DNA of 64,000 nucleotides, taken from Deltaproteobacteria bacterium (GTDB lineage Bacteria > Desulfobacterota > Desulfuromonadia > Geobacterales > Pseudopelobacteraceae). Shown piece after piece: positions 47,623 through 56,579 of the stretch (positions are counted from its first letter, which is position 1; every line of letters begins with the position of its first letter). The translations under genes and the position numbers were made by a program. The stretch lies in the NCBI GenBank assembly GCA_021781535.1, contig JAJXWO010000011.1, positions 13,877-77,876 on the forward strand. Reading direction: 5' to 3'. The notes below the pieces were generated by a model, which did not search any database, was not told the DNA's origin, and worked only from the letters and a program-made list of their open reading frames with translations.

Positions 47623-48420
47623 ATGAGGAATACTGAATTGAATGCAACCGTACAAAAAGGGCTTGATCTTCTCGATCAGGGAGATGTTAAACAAGCTATT
47701 TCTATCTTTGAAGGATATTGGGACAGCGACAAAAGCCGACCAGACAGCTGGTTCTATCTTGGAGATGCATTGGCTGAAGACGGGCGCCTGGATGACGCTA
47801 TTGCCCGCTACCGTGAAGGGCTCAAATTGTCGCCGGAAGATGCCGACGCCTTAACAACACTCGGGGACATGCTGCTCGAAGCAGGTGACCACAAGGAGTC
47901 GCTCACCTGCTACAAAAAAGTTCTGGCTATCGACCCGAAAGACGCCGATGCGCTGGTCAGTATTGGCTTGGTCTATAACAGCCAGGATCGCTGTGATGAT
48001 GCTATCCGTGTCTTTCGTCAGGCTCTTGAGCTTGAACCTGACAACGTTTTTGCACTCAATGCATTGGGAGATGCACTTTACGGGCAAGGAGATGTCGATG
48101 GAGCCATCGCCGCCTTTACCAAAGGAGTGGAACTTGATCCCGAAGACCCGGCTGGCCATTTCAACCTGGGCGAACTGTATTATGACCTGGAGGAACTGGA
48201 AGAAGCAGAGGATGAGTGTCTTGAAGCGGTTCGATGTGATCAGACCTACAGCATGGCGTACCTGACACTGGGGGGCATCTGCATGGATCAGGACCGTACT
48301 GCCGATGCAATAGCATATTTTGAAAAATATCTGAAATATGAAACATCAATCCAGGCCGCTGACATGATTGCCGAAGTCAAAGCGGTTGTTGAAGGACTTA
48401 AAGAAGAAATAAAGGGGTAA
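47623..48420 (+). CDS. TPR-repeat protein
   Basis: 265 aa containing about six 34-residue repeats with the W/Y-LG-A-A-F-A-P pattern. Confidence 0.8.
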   Translation: MRNTELNATVQKGLDLLDQGDVKQAISIFEGYWDSDKSRPDSWFYLGDALAEDGRLDDAIARYREGLKLSPEDADALTTLGDMLLEAGDHKESLTCYKKVLAIDPKDADALVSIGLVYNSQDRCDDAIRVFRQALELEPDNVFALNALGDALYGQGDVDGAIAAFTKGVELDPEDPAGHFNLGELYYDLEELEEAEDECLEAVRCDQTYSMAYLTLGGICMDQDRTADAIAYFEKYLKYETSIQAADMIAEVKAVVEGLKEEIKG

Positions 48421-48422
48421 CA

Positions 48423-49808
48423 ATGTCGCATCAAAAGCCGGTCCTGATTGACTCACACTCCCACATATACTACCGCGATTATGCCGGAGACTTTGATGAT
48501 ATGTTACAGCGTGCCGAAGATGCCGGCGTAGCAGCCATTCTGGTGGTTGGTACCGATATCGAATCGAGTCGCGAATCAGTCGAGCTTGCCGAAAAACATT
48601 CGCAACTTTATGCTGCCGTCGGTATCCACCCACATGACGCCGGAAGGGTGACCGAAGGGTGTTATGACATCATCCGTACCATGGCGGTTTCCAGCGCCAA
48701 GGTTGTTGCAATCGGAGAAATCGGGCTTGATTTCTATCGAGATCGTTCACCTCGTGACCTTCAAGAAATTGTTTTTCGACGTTTTCTCCGGATTGCAGCT
48801 GATTTGCACAAACCGGTTATTGTTCATGATCGCGAGGCCCATGATCGTGTCATGGCAATCCTGCGGGAAGAAACAGTACGAAAAGGCGTTCTCCACTGTT
48901 TTTCCGGCGACGCCGTCATGGCATCCGAAGCTTTCACACTCGGGTTCCATATTTCAATACCGGGAACAATCACCTACCCTAGCAACAAAAACTTGCGGGA
49001 TGTAGTAAGCGCCGTCAGCATAGATCGCATCCTGGTAGAAACAGACTGCCCATACCTGCCCCCTGTCCCGCATCGCGGTAGTCGCAATGAACCTGCTTAC
49101 GTCCGGTTGGCTGCCGAAAAACTTGCCGAAGTAAAAGGGTTGACCCTGGAGGACGTCGCCCGCATTACAACTAAAAATGCCAGCGATTTGTTTGGAATCA
49201 ACCTCTGGGACCAATCGACAAAAATTGCCTATAAAATTCGTAACTCGCTCTATTTAAATATCACGAACCGCTGTTCAAACCGCTGCAGTTTCTGCCCCAA
49301 ATTTGATGATTTTACGGTAAAAGGGCACAATCTGATGCTGAACAGTGAACCATCATTTGATGAGGTAATGGCGTCAATCGGTCAACCGGATGGAATCAAT
49401 GAGGTGGTGTTTTGCGGCTATGGAGAGCCCTTAATCCGCCTGGACCTGGTCAAACTCGTCGCAGCTGCCCTCAAGGCGCGCGGCTACCAGATCCGAATCA
49501 ATACAGATGGTCAGGCCAACCTGTTTCATGGGCGGAATATCCTGCCTGAGTTGACAGGACTGGTAGACAGCATATCGGTCAGCCTGAATGCTCCCGATGC
49601 AGCAACATACAGCCGCCTCTGCAACACCCCTTTCGGTGAAGCCGGTTTTTCCGGGGTCTGCGGCTTCATCCAGGAAGCAGTAAATCAGATTCCACAGGTC
49701 GTAGCCACAGCAGTAACAGTGCCAGGTGTTGACATCACGGCCTGCCGGATAGTCGCAGAATCGCTCGGTGCGGAGTTTCGCGTACGGGAATATACTGAAG
49801 TCGGGTGA
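48423..49808 (+). CDS. fusion protein: TatD-family metal-dependent hydrolase (N-terminal, ~262 aa) + radical SAM domain (C-terminal, ~200 aa)
   Basis: TatD metal ligands are visible: DSHSH, IGEIGLD, VIVHDREA, HCFSG, ETDCPY. The C-terminal part has NITNRCSNRCSFCPK (CxxxCxxC) and the glycine-rich segment VVFCGYGEPL. Confidence 0.85.
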   Translation: MSHQKPVLIDSHSHIYYRDYAGDFDDMLQRAEDAGVAAILVVGTDIESSRESVELAEKHSQLYAAVGIHPHDAGRVTEGCYDIIRTMAVSSAKVVAIGEIGLDFYRDRSPRDLQEIVFRRFLRIAADLHKPVIVHDREAHDRVMAILREETVRKGVLHCFSGDAVMASEAFTLGFHISIPGTITYPSNKNLRDVVSAVSIDRILVETDCPYLPPVPHRGSRNEPAYVRLAAEKLAEVKGLTLEDVARITTKNASDLFGINLWDQSTKIAYKIRNSLYLNITNRCSNRCSFCPKFDDFTVKGHNLMLNSEPSFDEVMASIGQPDGINEVVFCGYGEPLIRLDLVKLVAAALKARGYQIRINTDGQANLFHGRNILPELTGLVDSISVSLNAPDAATYSRLCNTPFGEAGFSGVCGFIQEAVNQIPQVVATAVTVPGVDITACRIVAESLGAEFRVREYTEVG

Positions 49809-49815
49809 GTATTAA

Positions 49816-50547
49816 TCAATACCGCATCACCCTTCCAAGAAAATGATTGAGTTCACTGCTGTGCGGCTCGGTGAATAAACATTCGACCGGGCCACTTTCC
49901 ACGATCCTTCCCTCTGCAACAAACAGGCAATGATCTGCCGCTGTACGGGCAAACCCCATATGATGTGTAACAAGCAGCAAGTCACGCCCTTCATCCCGCA
50001 GCTCTCCGATGATATCAAGCACCTCTGAGGTCATCTCCGGATCAAGAGCCGAAGTCGGTTCATCAAACAGTAAAAAACGAGGTTTGATGGAAATGGCTCG
50101 CGCAATTGCCACCCGCTGCTGCTGGCCGCCGGATAATTGGGCAGGCTTTTTGTCAGCGTGTTCCTCAAGTTGAAAGCGTCTCAAAATTGCCTGTGCGGTT
50201 TCAAGAGCCTGGGAATGCCCATAACCCTGCGCCTGCTCCAGCGGCAAAATAACGTTTTCAAGCGCAGTCAGGTGTGGAAACAGATTGAAAGATTGGAAGA
50301 CCGTGCCTATGCTGCGGCGATGCCTTAAAAGACTGACCTCATCAAAATGCAGCATTTCCCCGTCAATGAACACCTCTCCGGAATCAGGCCGTTCCAAGCC
50401 GGCGATAGTGCGCAACAATGTCGTCTTGCCGCCGCCGGAGGGACCGATCACAACGAGGGCATGGACCTCCGGCAGATCGATGGAAATATCATCAAGTACC
50501 CGATGCTGGCCAAAAGTTTTGGTAAGATTAGTAAGTCTAAGTTGCAT
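49816..50547 (-). CDS. amino-acid ABC transporter ATP-binding protein (GlnQ/HisP-like)
   Basis: 243 aa with Walker A GPSGGGKTT, signature LSGGQQQRVAIARA and Walker B LLFDEPTSALD. Confidence 0.9.
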   Translation of the reverse strand: MQLRLTNLTKTFGQHRVLDDISIDLPEVHALVVIGPSGGGKTTLLRTIAGLERPDSGEVFIDGEMLHFDEVSLLRHRRSIGTVFQSFNLFPHLTALENVILPLEQAQGYGHSQALETAQAILRRFQLEEHADKKPAQLSGGQQQRVAIARAISIKPRFLLFDEPTSALDPEMTSEVLDIIGELRDEGRDLLLVTHHMGFARTAADHCLFVAEGRIVESGPVECLFTEPHSSELNHFLGRVMRY

Positions 50548-51331
50548 AACGGTATTTTTGTTCCAGATAACGACTGAGCAGCGAAACAGGGAATGTCAGC
50601 AGCAGATACCCTACCGCCAACGGCAGATAGCTTTCCAGCGTACTGAAAGTAAATGCGTTGACCTCCTGGGCATTGAGTGTAAACTCGCTGACGGCAATAA
50701 TTGACAGTAGTGACGAATCCTTGATCAGTGAAGCAAACTGCCCCGCCAGAGGTGGCAGAATCCTCCTCACCACCTGCGGAAGTATGACAAAACGGTAGGT
50801 CTGGAAGGTAGTCAGGCCGATGGCATGTGCAGATTCCAGTTGTGACTCGCCAATGCTCTCAATACCGGCCCGAATGATCTCGCTTAGATAGGCTCCAGCG
50901 AAAAGTGCCAGGGTCAAGATCCCGACTGCATAACGGTTGCTGATGCCAAAAGCATCTGCCACCACATAAAAAAATACCAGGATCTGCACCAACAGCGGTG
51001 TTCCACGCACCACTTCAATATAGAGTATGGCCAGATAGCGAAGCGGCAAAAATCGCGAGCGGCGGGCGAGGGCAAAAAAAATGCTGATCAGCAGACTGAG
51101 ACAGAGAGCGGCGGCCGAAATCAGTACTGTGACCAGCCACCCCTGCAGAAACTTCTGCCGATACTGCCAGACCGCATGCCAGTTCCAGCCATATTGAAGC
51201 TGGCTGAAGGCAAACCAGAAGATGGCGGAAATCAGAAGAAAAACAACGGTAAACGCCGCTATCCGCGATGCCAACGGCGCTGTAGTGCCATCATCAGGCG
51301 TAAACCATGTCATCGGCGCCGATCGTCCCAT
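50537..51331 (-). CDS. amino-acid ABC transporter permease (His/Glu/Gln/Arg/opine family)
   Basis: 264-aa polytopic ORF with an EAA-type loop (ESAHAIGLTTFQTYRFVILPQ). It overlaps the ATPase gene by 11 nt. Confidence 0.85.
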   Translation of the reverse strand: MGRSAPMTWFTPDDGTTAPLASRIAAFTVVFLLISAIFWFAFSQLQYGWNWHAVWQYRQKFLQGWLVTVLISAAALCLSLLISIFFALARRSRFLPLRYLAILYIEVVRGTPLLVQILVFFYVVADAFGISNRYAVGILTLALFAGAYLSEIIRAGIESIGESQLESAHAIGLTTFQTYRFVILPQVVRRILPPLAGQFASLIKDSSLLSIIAVSEFTLNAQEVNAFTFSTLESYLPLAVGYLLLTFPVSLLSRYLEQKYRYAT

Positions 51332-51417
51332 AGATGATGCTCCTTTGTACTTCAGAAACTATTTCTGCATATTTTCGCAAAAATATTTCGCTAACGTACG
51401 TGTCCCAATCAGGAGGG

Positions 51418-52239
51418 CTACAGGAAGAACTGATAGCCGAGCCGCTTGAACTGCAGTTTTTGTTCCTTCAGCCACTTATCACCGAGTTTTTCAAATCCAC
51501 CCTTGGCTCGATACTCCTTCAGAAAAACGTTGATGCGCGTTTTAAGCGCGTCATTACCCTTGCGGATGCCGATGGCCCAGGATTCCTGCTGAAATGGCTT
51601 CAGGATAGCGCGGGTGGTCATCGGGTTGCGTTGCCAGTTGCTGTAGGTAGACATCTGGTCATAAATAAAGCCATCCGCCTTCCCCTGCACAACTTCCAGC
51701 ACAGCAGCTGCCTCCTTGTCTAAAACCAGCACCCTGGCAAAGTGCAGCTGTTTCCTGGCATAGGTGTGACCGGTTGTCCCTTTTTTAACCGCTACTGTCA
51801 TGCCTGGCTTGTCCAGATCGGAGATACCCTGAACAGGAGAATTTTTACGCACCAGAAGACAGAGGCCGGTATGCAGGTACGGGTCGGAAAAGTCGATTGA
51901 CTGGGCCCGCTCTGCCGTGGCGGTCATCGACGAAATAATCAGATCGATCTTACCGGTTTTTAGAGATGGGATCAGGCCATCGAAAGCCATATTCTTGATC
52001 CGGACCGGTACTCCCAATGCTGTGCCAAGCGCCTTTGCCAGATCAACACTCACGCCATCCGGCTGGCCTTTAGTATCAGTCATCTCAAAAGGCGGGTAGG
52101 CCAATTCCATGCCGACTATCAGCGTACCATCGCTTTTAGCGGCACCGCTGGAGCTGGAGAGCGCGGAAACGATCAGTAGCGAGCAGAGGCAAATCGTGCC
52201 TCCCCGAAAAACAGAACGTACACAGGTTGCAATACTCAT
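51418..52239 (-). CDS. amino-acid ABC transporter substrate-binding protein (family 3)
   Basis: 273 aa with a signal peptide. The motifs GMELAYPPFEM and DLIISSMTATAERA are typical of polar amino-acid binding proteins. Confidence 0.85.
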   Translation of the reverse strand: MSIATCVRSVFRGGTICLCSLLIVSALSSSSGAAKSDGTLIVGMELAYPPFEMTDTKGQPDGVSVDLAKALGTALGVPVRIKNMAFDGLIPSLKTGKIDLIISSMTATAERAQSIDFSDPYLHTGLCLLVRKNSPVQGISDLDKPGMTVAVKKGTTGHTYARKQLHFARVLVLDKEAAAVLEVVQGKADGFIYDQMSTYSNWQRNPMTTRAILKPFQQESWAIGIRKGNDALKTRINVFLKEYRAKGGFEKLGDKWLKEQKLQFKRLGYQFFL

Positions 52240-52338
52240 GTCCTACCCCCTTTATATGATTTTATTAAAAATAACGTAAAAATAGATTAGATTCAACCTA
52301 TAGTACCGGCGGATAACGATGGGAGGATGAGATTGAAG

Positions 52339-52366
52339 AAAAAAAGCCACGTCGGTTGACGTAGCT
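52339..52366 (-). terminator. intrinsic terminator after tRNA-His
   Basis: The minus-strand RNA reads AGCUACGUC-aacc-GACGUGGCU, a 9-bp stem with one G-U pair, followed by a U7 run. Confidence 0.7.
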
Positions 52367-52376
52367 TTTGAATTTT

Positions 52377-52453
52377 TGGGGTGGCTAGAGGGATTTGAAC
52401 CCTCGTATGTACGAGTCACAGTCGTATGTGTTAACCGCTTCACCATAGCCACC
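52377..52453 (-). tRNA. tRNA-His (anticodon GTG)
   Basis: The reverse complement reads GGTGGCTATGGTGAAGCGGTTAACAC...TACGA-CTGTGAC-TCGTA...GGTTCAAATCCCTCTAGCCACCCCA. It includes the extra 5' G(-1) characteristic of tRNA-His and an encoded CCA. Confidence 0.95.
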
Positions 52454-52467
52454 ATACAAGAATACTT

Positions 52468-52497
52468 TAAATAGCCTGAATTGGGTCTGCAAGTCAA
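52468..52497 (-). promoter_or_regulatory. candidate sigma-70 promoter for tRNA-His
   Basis: On the minus strand: TTGACT (52497-52492), an 18-nt spacer, then TATTTA (52473-52468), about 15 nt upstream of the tRNA 5' end. Confidence 0.3.
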
Positions 52498-52535
52498 GAT
52501 ATTTTTAGATTGCCATCTAATCAGGACCGGCATAT

Positions 52536-54437
52536 TTATTTGTTCAGGACCCGAAGAATCTGCCGCAACCGAAGGTATTCGTTGTCCGTTAACCTTCGGT
52601 CACGATAAACGGCACCGGCATATATTTCAACAAAGTCGGAAACATTGCTATTATCTGCTGACAAAACAATTTCAAACAAACCAGCGCCTGCTATGACACC
52701 AAACTTACGTTCTACTGTGTGGAGAAAACGATTCAGAATGCGCTTCTCACGGGAGCTGAAAAGTGAAGCACGCCAGGCTGCGAATAACAGGCCGACAAGC
52801 AACAAACTACCAGCAAAATATGGCACAGAACGCAGCACTATTTTTACAGGGTTGAACCCTTGTAAGATTGAGCCAACACGGCGGGCTATGTTCATCTGTT
52901 GCTCAAAGTCATACACTACAACAGACCGGTTCCATTCATAATTCAACGCATCTAATATCTGCGCGATGCGAATCTTGATATCAGGTGAACCGGGTGCTTT
53001 CCAGACTTCTCCAGCGTTTGTGGCGAAACTGCTGGGATCTATTCTCACCCATCCGCTCCCCTTGATATATGCTTCAACCCAGACGTGAGCTTTATCGTCG
53101 GTCACCAGATAATAACCTCCCAACTGGTTATAATCTCCCCCGAGATAACCGCCCACCAGCCGGCATGGCACAGCGGCAGCGCGCAGCATCAGGGCAAATG
53201 AAGATGCAAAAAACTCACAATGTCCCTGTTTTTTTTCAAACAGGAATTGTTCTATAGCCCTGTCACCGGTCGCCAGATCTTTTGTCGAATAATGGTAGCC
53301 TCCGTGACGGAAATAGTTTTCCAGCAGCGTAACTTTAGCCCTATCATCAATTCCCTTGCGGGTAATCTGCGAGGCAAGAAGCTTAATCCGTGCCGGAAAT
53401 TTATCCGGCAGCTGAAGGTAAAACAAGCTGTTGATCGGATTTCGTTGGGCAACTATACCGCCTGAAAGCGAATTGACTGCATAATTCAGACGCGTTCCTG
53501 TTGTTCCAATAAGCTCAAAGACTCCGTCCGGTGATCGCTTTACGTGTCGCAACGCAAGAGTAGCGGGACGATCAAGTGCTACAAGATTACGATTAGACGA
53601 GGGTTCCAGATACATAACCTGCGTAACCGTCTGGGCGGTAATTTCAGGTTGTTCAAAAGGTATTTGACTTATTCGTGTCCACCTGATCCCGTCTGTCCGG
53701 TTAAATACGGTCCCACGCCAATACAATTGATTCTGTGCCTGGCGAGGCATTTCAGCACGAAAAACGAGCGCATGTGATTCATTGATGCTGCTTTGGCTAC
53801 CAGGATCTACCGTATCTGAATAACCGGTCGTACGCGTTGACGCTGGACTGAGGAAATGCCAGAGAGGCAACTGGGTACGCGGCAAGATTGGAAAAAAGAA
53901 CAGCAGCAGTGGAACGGCCAAAACAGGCATCAACAGAGCGGAGAATAGAATCCTTTTCAGGTCAGGTACCGCTACCGTCATAGCATGATCCTGATTTTGA
54001 AAAGTCAATAACACCAACGCAAGTGCAACCATAAAAAGGAGTAAACCGAGGTATATTAAAAATATGGGGCTTAGATCGAACAGCGAGGAAGAAGCAAGGC
54101 AGAACATTGAAAGGACGTATATCTGCAAGCTGTGACGAACTGTTTTTTCACCACCGAGACGTACCGCCAGCATAATTGTCAACATGCTGATTACCGGCTG
54201 AATCGGGTTGGCACGACTGAATTGGAGGGCATAATAGAAAAAAACAGGGACAATTACGGCGTTCTGCATCCACGGCTTCAGCGACCATCTTCCTCTGCGA
54301 TCTTGCCAGATCCCTGATAATAGTCCGGACGCAAGGGCAATACGCGGAAACAGCGTCAGCCAGGGAAAGAGCGGCATCATCCCGCACACCCCGATACCAT
54401 ACGTGAGTAGCGCAGTCAGAGATCTAATCGCTACCAT
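52536..54437 (-). CDS. membrane-anchored transglutaminase-like cysteine protease family protein (DUF3488-like TM region + transglutaminase core)
   Basis: 633 aa with about 6 N-terminal TM helices. The catalytic triad context is intact: QGHCEFFA (Cys), HVWVEAY (His), WVRIDPS (Asp). A C-terminal TM helix is present. Confidence 0.8.
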   Translation of the reverse strand: MVAIRSLTALLTYGIGVCGMMPLFPWLTLFPRIALASGLLSGIWQDRRGRWSLKPWMQNAVIVPVFFYYALQFSRANPIQPVISMLTIMLAVRLGGEKTVRHSLQIYVLSMFCLASSSLFDLSPIFLIYLGLLLFMVALALVLLTFQNQDHAMTVAVPDLKRILFSALLMPVLAVPLLLFFFPILPRTQLPLWHFLSPASTRTTGYSDTVDPGSQSSINESHALVFRAEMPRQAQNQLYWRGTVFNRTDGIRWTRISQIPFEQPEITAQTVTQVMYLEPSSNRNLVALDRPATLALRHVKRSPDGVFELIGTTGTRLNYAVNSLSGGIVAQRNPINSLFYLQLPDKFPARIKLLASQITRKGIDDRAKVTLLENYFRHGGYHYSTKDLATGDRAIEQFLFEKKQGHCEFFASSFALMLRAAAVPCRLVGGYLGGDYNQLGGYYLVTDDKAHVWVEAYIKGSGWVRIDPSSFATNAGEVWKAPGSPDIKIRIAQILDALNYEWNRSVVVYDFEQQMNIARRVGSILQGFNPVKIVLRSVPYFAGSLLLVGLLFAAWRASLFSSREKRILNRFLHTVERKFGVIAGAGLFEIVLSADNSNVSDFVEIYAGAVYRDRRLTDNEYLRLRQILRVLNK

Positions 54438-55230
54438 ACAAGGCCAACTCCTTCAGCAACAGCAGGTTATGCTGCTTGCCACTCGCACTGGGAATCAGAT
54501 GACCACCGAGCAGCAATCCGACCGGGCGTTCGCGACCCCAGCGCTTAACCAGCCAGGTGGCCCGGGATAAGCGTTCTTCCATGCCTTGTCCCGGCAATGT
54601 TTCCAGATCAATCACCAGCGGAGCAACGGTATTTCTACCGAAGCCTTTTACCAGAAAGTCTTGGCTGCGAGCCGAATGCTTCCAATGAATCATCCGGAGC
54701 GGTTCAGAACCGGAATATGGATATATCCGTTCTAATTCACCACTCAAACCGCGTTCACGACTCAGCCCAACCCCGGTTGCCTGTGAATCTTCCACGACTC
54801 CGTATGAATCATCCGCTGCAACCGGATGGGGAAATACCGTCACCGTGCGATCAATTTCAAAACTCCAGTATCGAGTAAAAAAACCAACCGGATAGGGAGA
54901 GCTGATTGTTATTCTGCCAAGTGACACTTTTCCCCGTTGCGCAAAGGTAAGCATAACAGAACCGCTCTTATGAGATTTTTTGAGAACGACAGGAAAGACA
55001 AGAGATTGCCCGGCGTAACACTCAAGACGGATCAGGAATGAAGGAAGAAACCGTTTGGAATTTTTTACTGAAAAATGGAAGGGGGCAGGAATTCCAGCGT
55101 AAACCTCTTCAGGAGGCTGCAGGTCAGGGATCAACTTTTTGATATTATACATTCCGGCCAGTCCGGTCACCGACATAAATGCCAGTAGTCCGGCAACGAC
55201 CAGAAACAGGAGGTTATTACCGGTGTTCAC
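54424..55230 (-). CDS. DUF58-family protein (vWA-like); the true start is probably upstream of 55230 (see findings)
   Basis: The ORF is 268 aa from the GTG at 55230. It has the NTGNNLLFLV N-terminal motif and a DUF58 core (RIYPYSGSEPLRMIHWKHSAR). It sits between MoxR and transglutaminase genes and overlaps the downstream gene by 14 nt. Confidence 0.8.
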   Translation of the reverse strand: MNTGNNLLFLVVAGLLAFMSVTGLAGMYNIKKLIPDLQPPEEVYAGIPAPFHFSVKNSKRFLPSFLIRLECYAGQSLVFPVVLKKSHKSGSVMLTFAQRGKVSLGRITISSPYPVGFFTRYWSFEIDRTVTVFPHPVAADDSYGVVEDSQATGVGLSRERGLSGELERIYPYSGSEPLRMIHWKHSARSQDFLVKGFGRNTVAPLVIDLETLPGQGMEERLSRATWLVKRWGRERPVGLLLGGHLIPSASGKQHNLLLLKELALYGSD

Positions 55231-55289
55231 CGCAGCAAAACCGACCAGTAGTGTGATCAGAATATACAGCGCACCGGAAGTGCTGATTT

Positions 55290-56243
55290 TCAGTCCAAAG
55301 GTAACGCAATGCCGGCTATTATCGTCCGTATTACCCCTCCCCTGTCGACCGTTGTCATGTCGTTGCGCATGACCAACCGGTGGGCACAGACCGCCACAGC
55401 AATGCCCTTGACATCATCAGGAGCGACATAATCACGCCCTGCGAGAAAAGCGGCAGCTTTGGACGCCTGAGCCAGATTGATGGCAGCCCGGGTCGATAGT
55501 CCCGTCAGGACCAGATCGTGGGAACGTGTTGCGAGCACAAGATTATGGATATAGGAAAGCACCTTATCCGAGAGATAGACCGATTTGACATCGTTTCGTG
55601 CAACCATGATTTCAGCAGATGTTATCTGCGGTACCATGCTGCCGACCCGTTCGCGGATGCCGCCTCCAGCGATTATTTCCCGTTCCAGTCTCTCCGCCGG
55701 ATAGCCGATGCCGGTGCAGATGAGGAAACGGTCCAACTGAGATTCCGGCAACAAAAAGGTGCCACTCTGGTCAGATGGATTCTGGGTGGCAAATACCATA
55801 AATGGATCCGGTAATGGATGCGTTACACCTTCGATGGTCACGCGACGTTCCTCCATCGCCTCCAACATGGCACTCTGGGTGCGAGGCATTGCACGGTTGA
55901 TCTCGTCCAGCAGTACAATATTGTTGAAGATCGGGCCGGGCTGAAAACTGAAATGCCCCTCTTCGCGGTTAAAGATCGATAGCCCGGTAATATCGGAAGG
56001 AAGCAGATCACTGGTACACTGTACCCTGCCAAAAGAGAGTCCGGTGACTCCGGCAAGCGCAAGAGCTACTGTCGTCTTCCCAAGACCGGGAAGGTCTTCC
56101 ACCAGTATGTGCCCACCCACCAAAAGAGCGATTACCGACAAGCGCAACACCTCTTCCTTGCCCTGCAAATAATCACGGGAGAGTACTTCAAACAAATGTG
56201 TAAAGGCATGCGGCCGGACTGCGTTACTCACAGTAAACCTCAT
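55290..56243 (-). CDS. MoxR-family AAA+ ATPase
   Basis: It has Walker A DLPGLGKTT, Walker B VLLDEINRA and FMVFATQNP. The ATG at 56243 is preferred; the ORF-track TTG at 56255 is an alternative. Confidence 0.9.
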   Translation of the reverse strand: MRFTVSNAVRPHAFTHLFEVLSRDYLQGKEEVLRLSVIALLVGGHILVEDLPGLGKTTVALALAGVTGLSFGRVQCTSDLLPSDITGLSIFNREEGHFSFQPGPIFNNIVLLDEINRAMPRTQSAMLEAMEERRVTIEGVTHPLPDPFMVFATQNPSDQSGTFLLPESQLDRFLICTGIGYPAERLEREIIAGGGIRERVGSMVPQITSAEIMVARNDVKSVYLSDKVLSYIHNLVLATRSHDLVLTGLSTRAAINLAQASKAAAFLAGRDYVAPDDVKGIAVAVCAHRLVMRNDMTTVDRGGVIRTIIAGIALPLD

Positions 56244-56274
56244 AACTGGTAACAATTTTTGAATAGTATACCAT

Positions 56275-56314
56275 TAAAATAAAGCGACCCCCAGGAAACA
56301 GTTCATGGGGGTCG
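56275..56314 (-). terminator. intrinsic terminator after the greA-DUF1858 unit
   Basis: The minus strand reads CGACCCCC-loop-GGGGGTCG (8-bp GC-rich stem), followed by CTTTATTTTA. Confidence 0.7.
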
Positions 56315-56337
56315 TATACCGGACTTTAAGAGGTAGA

Positions 56338-56538
56338 TTAACCGATTGCCGAGTTTAAATCACTCAAAAGTGTCTCGATGTCAAGACCGTGCGCTCTGGC
56401 ACCCTGCTCAAGACTCTCGTTCTGGGCCCCCATGCAGCCGATACATCCCAGATTGTGTTTTTGAAGAACTTTGACCGACTCTGGATAGGTCCGCATAAGC
56501 TCAAAAAAAGTCATGTCTTTGGAAATTTTGTCTGCCAT
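56338..56538 (-). CDS. DUF1858 / hybrid-cluster-protein-associated redox-disulfide-type small protein
   Basis: 66 aa. The sequence TFFELMRTYPESVKVLQKHNLGCIGCMGAQNESLEQGARAHGLD has the CxxC pair and overall pattern of that family, as I recall it. Confidence 0.7.
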   Translation of the reverse strand: MADKISKDMTFFELMRTYPESVKVLQKHNLGCIGCMGAQNESLEQGARAHGLDIETLLSDLNSAIG

Positions 56539-56579
56539 GATTGTACTCCTCGTAATGAGAGTTGCCGCTATTTTTGCGA

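Noticed and set aside
52252-52533. A 93-aa minus-strand ORF in the intergenic region downstream of the transglutaminase gene.
   Set aside because: It is read straight through the tRNA-His gene (52377-52453) and its terminator, so it is an artefact of ORF calling.
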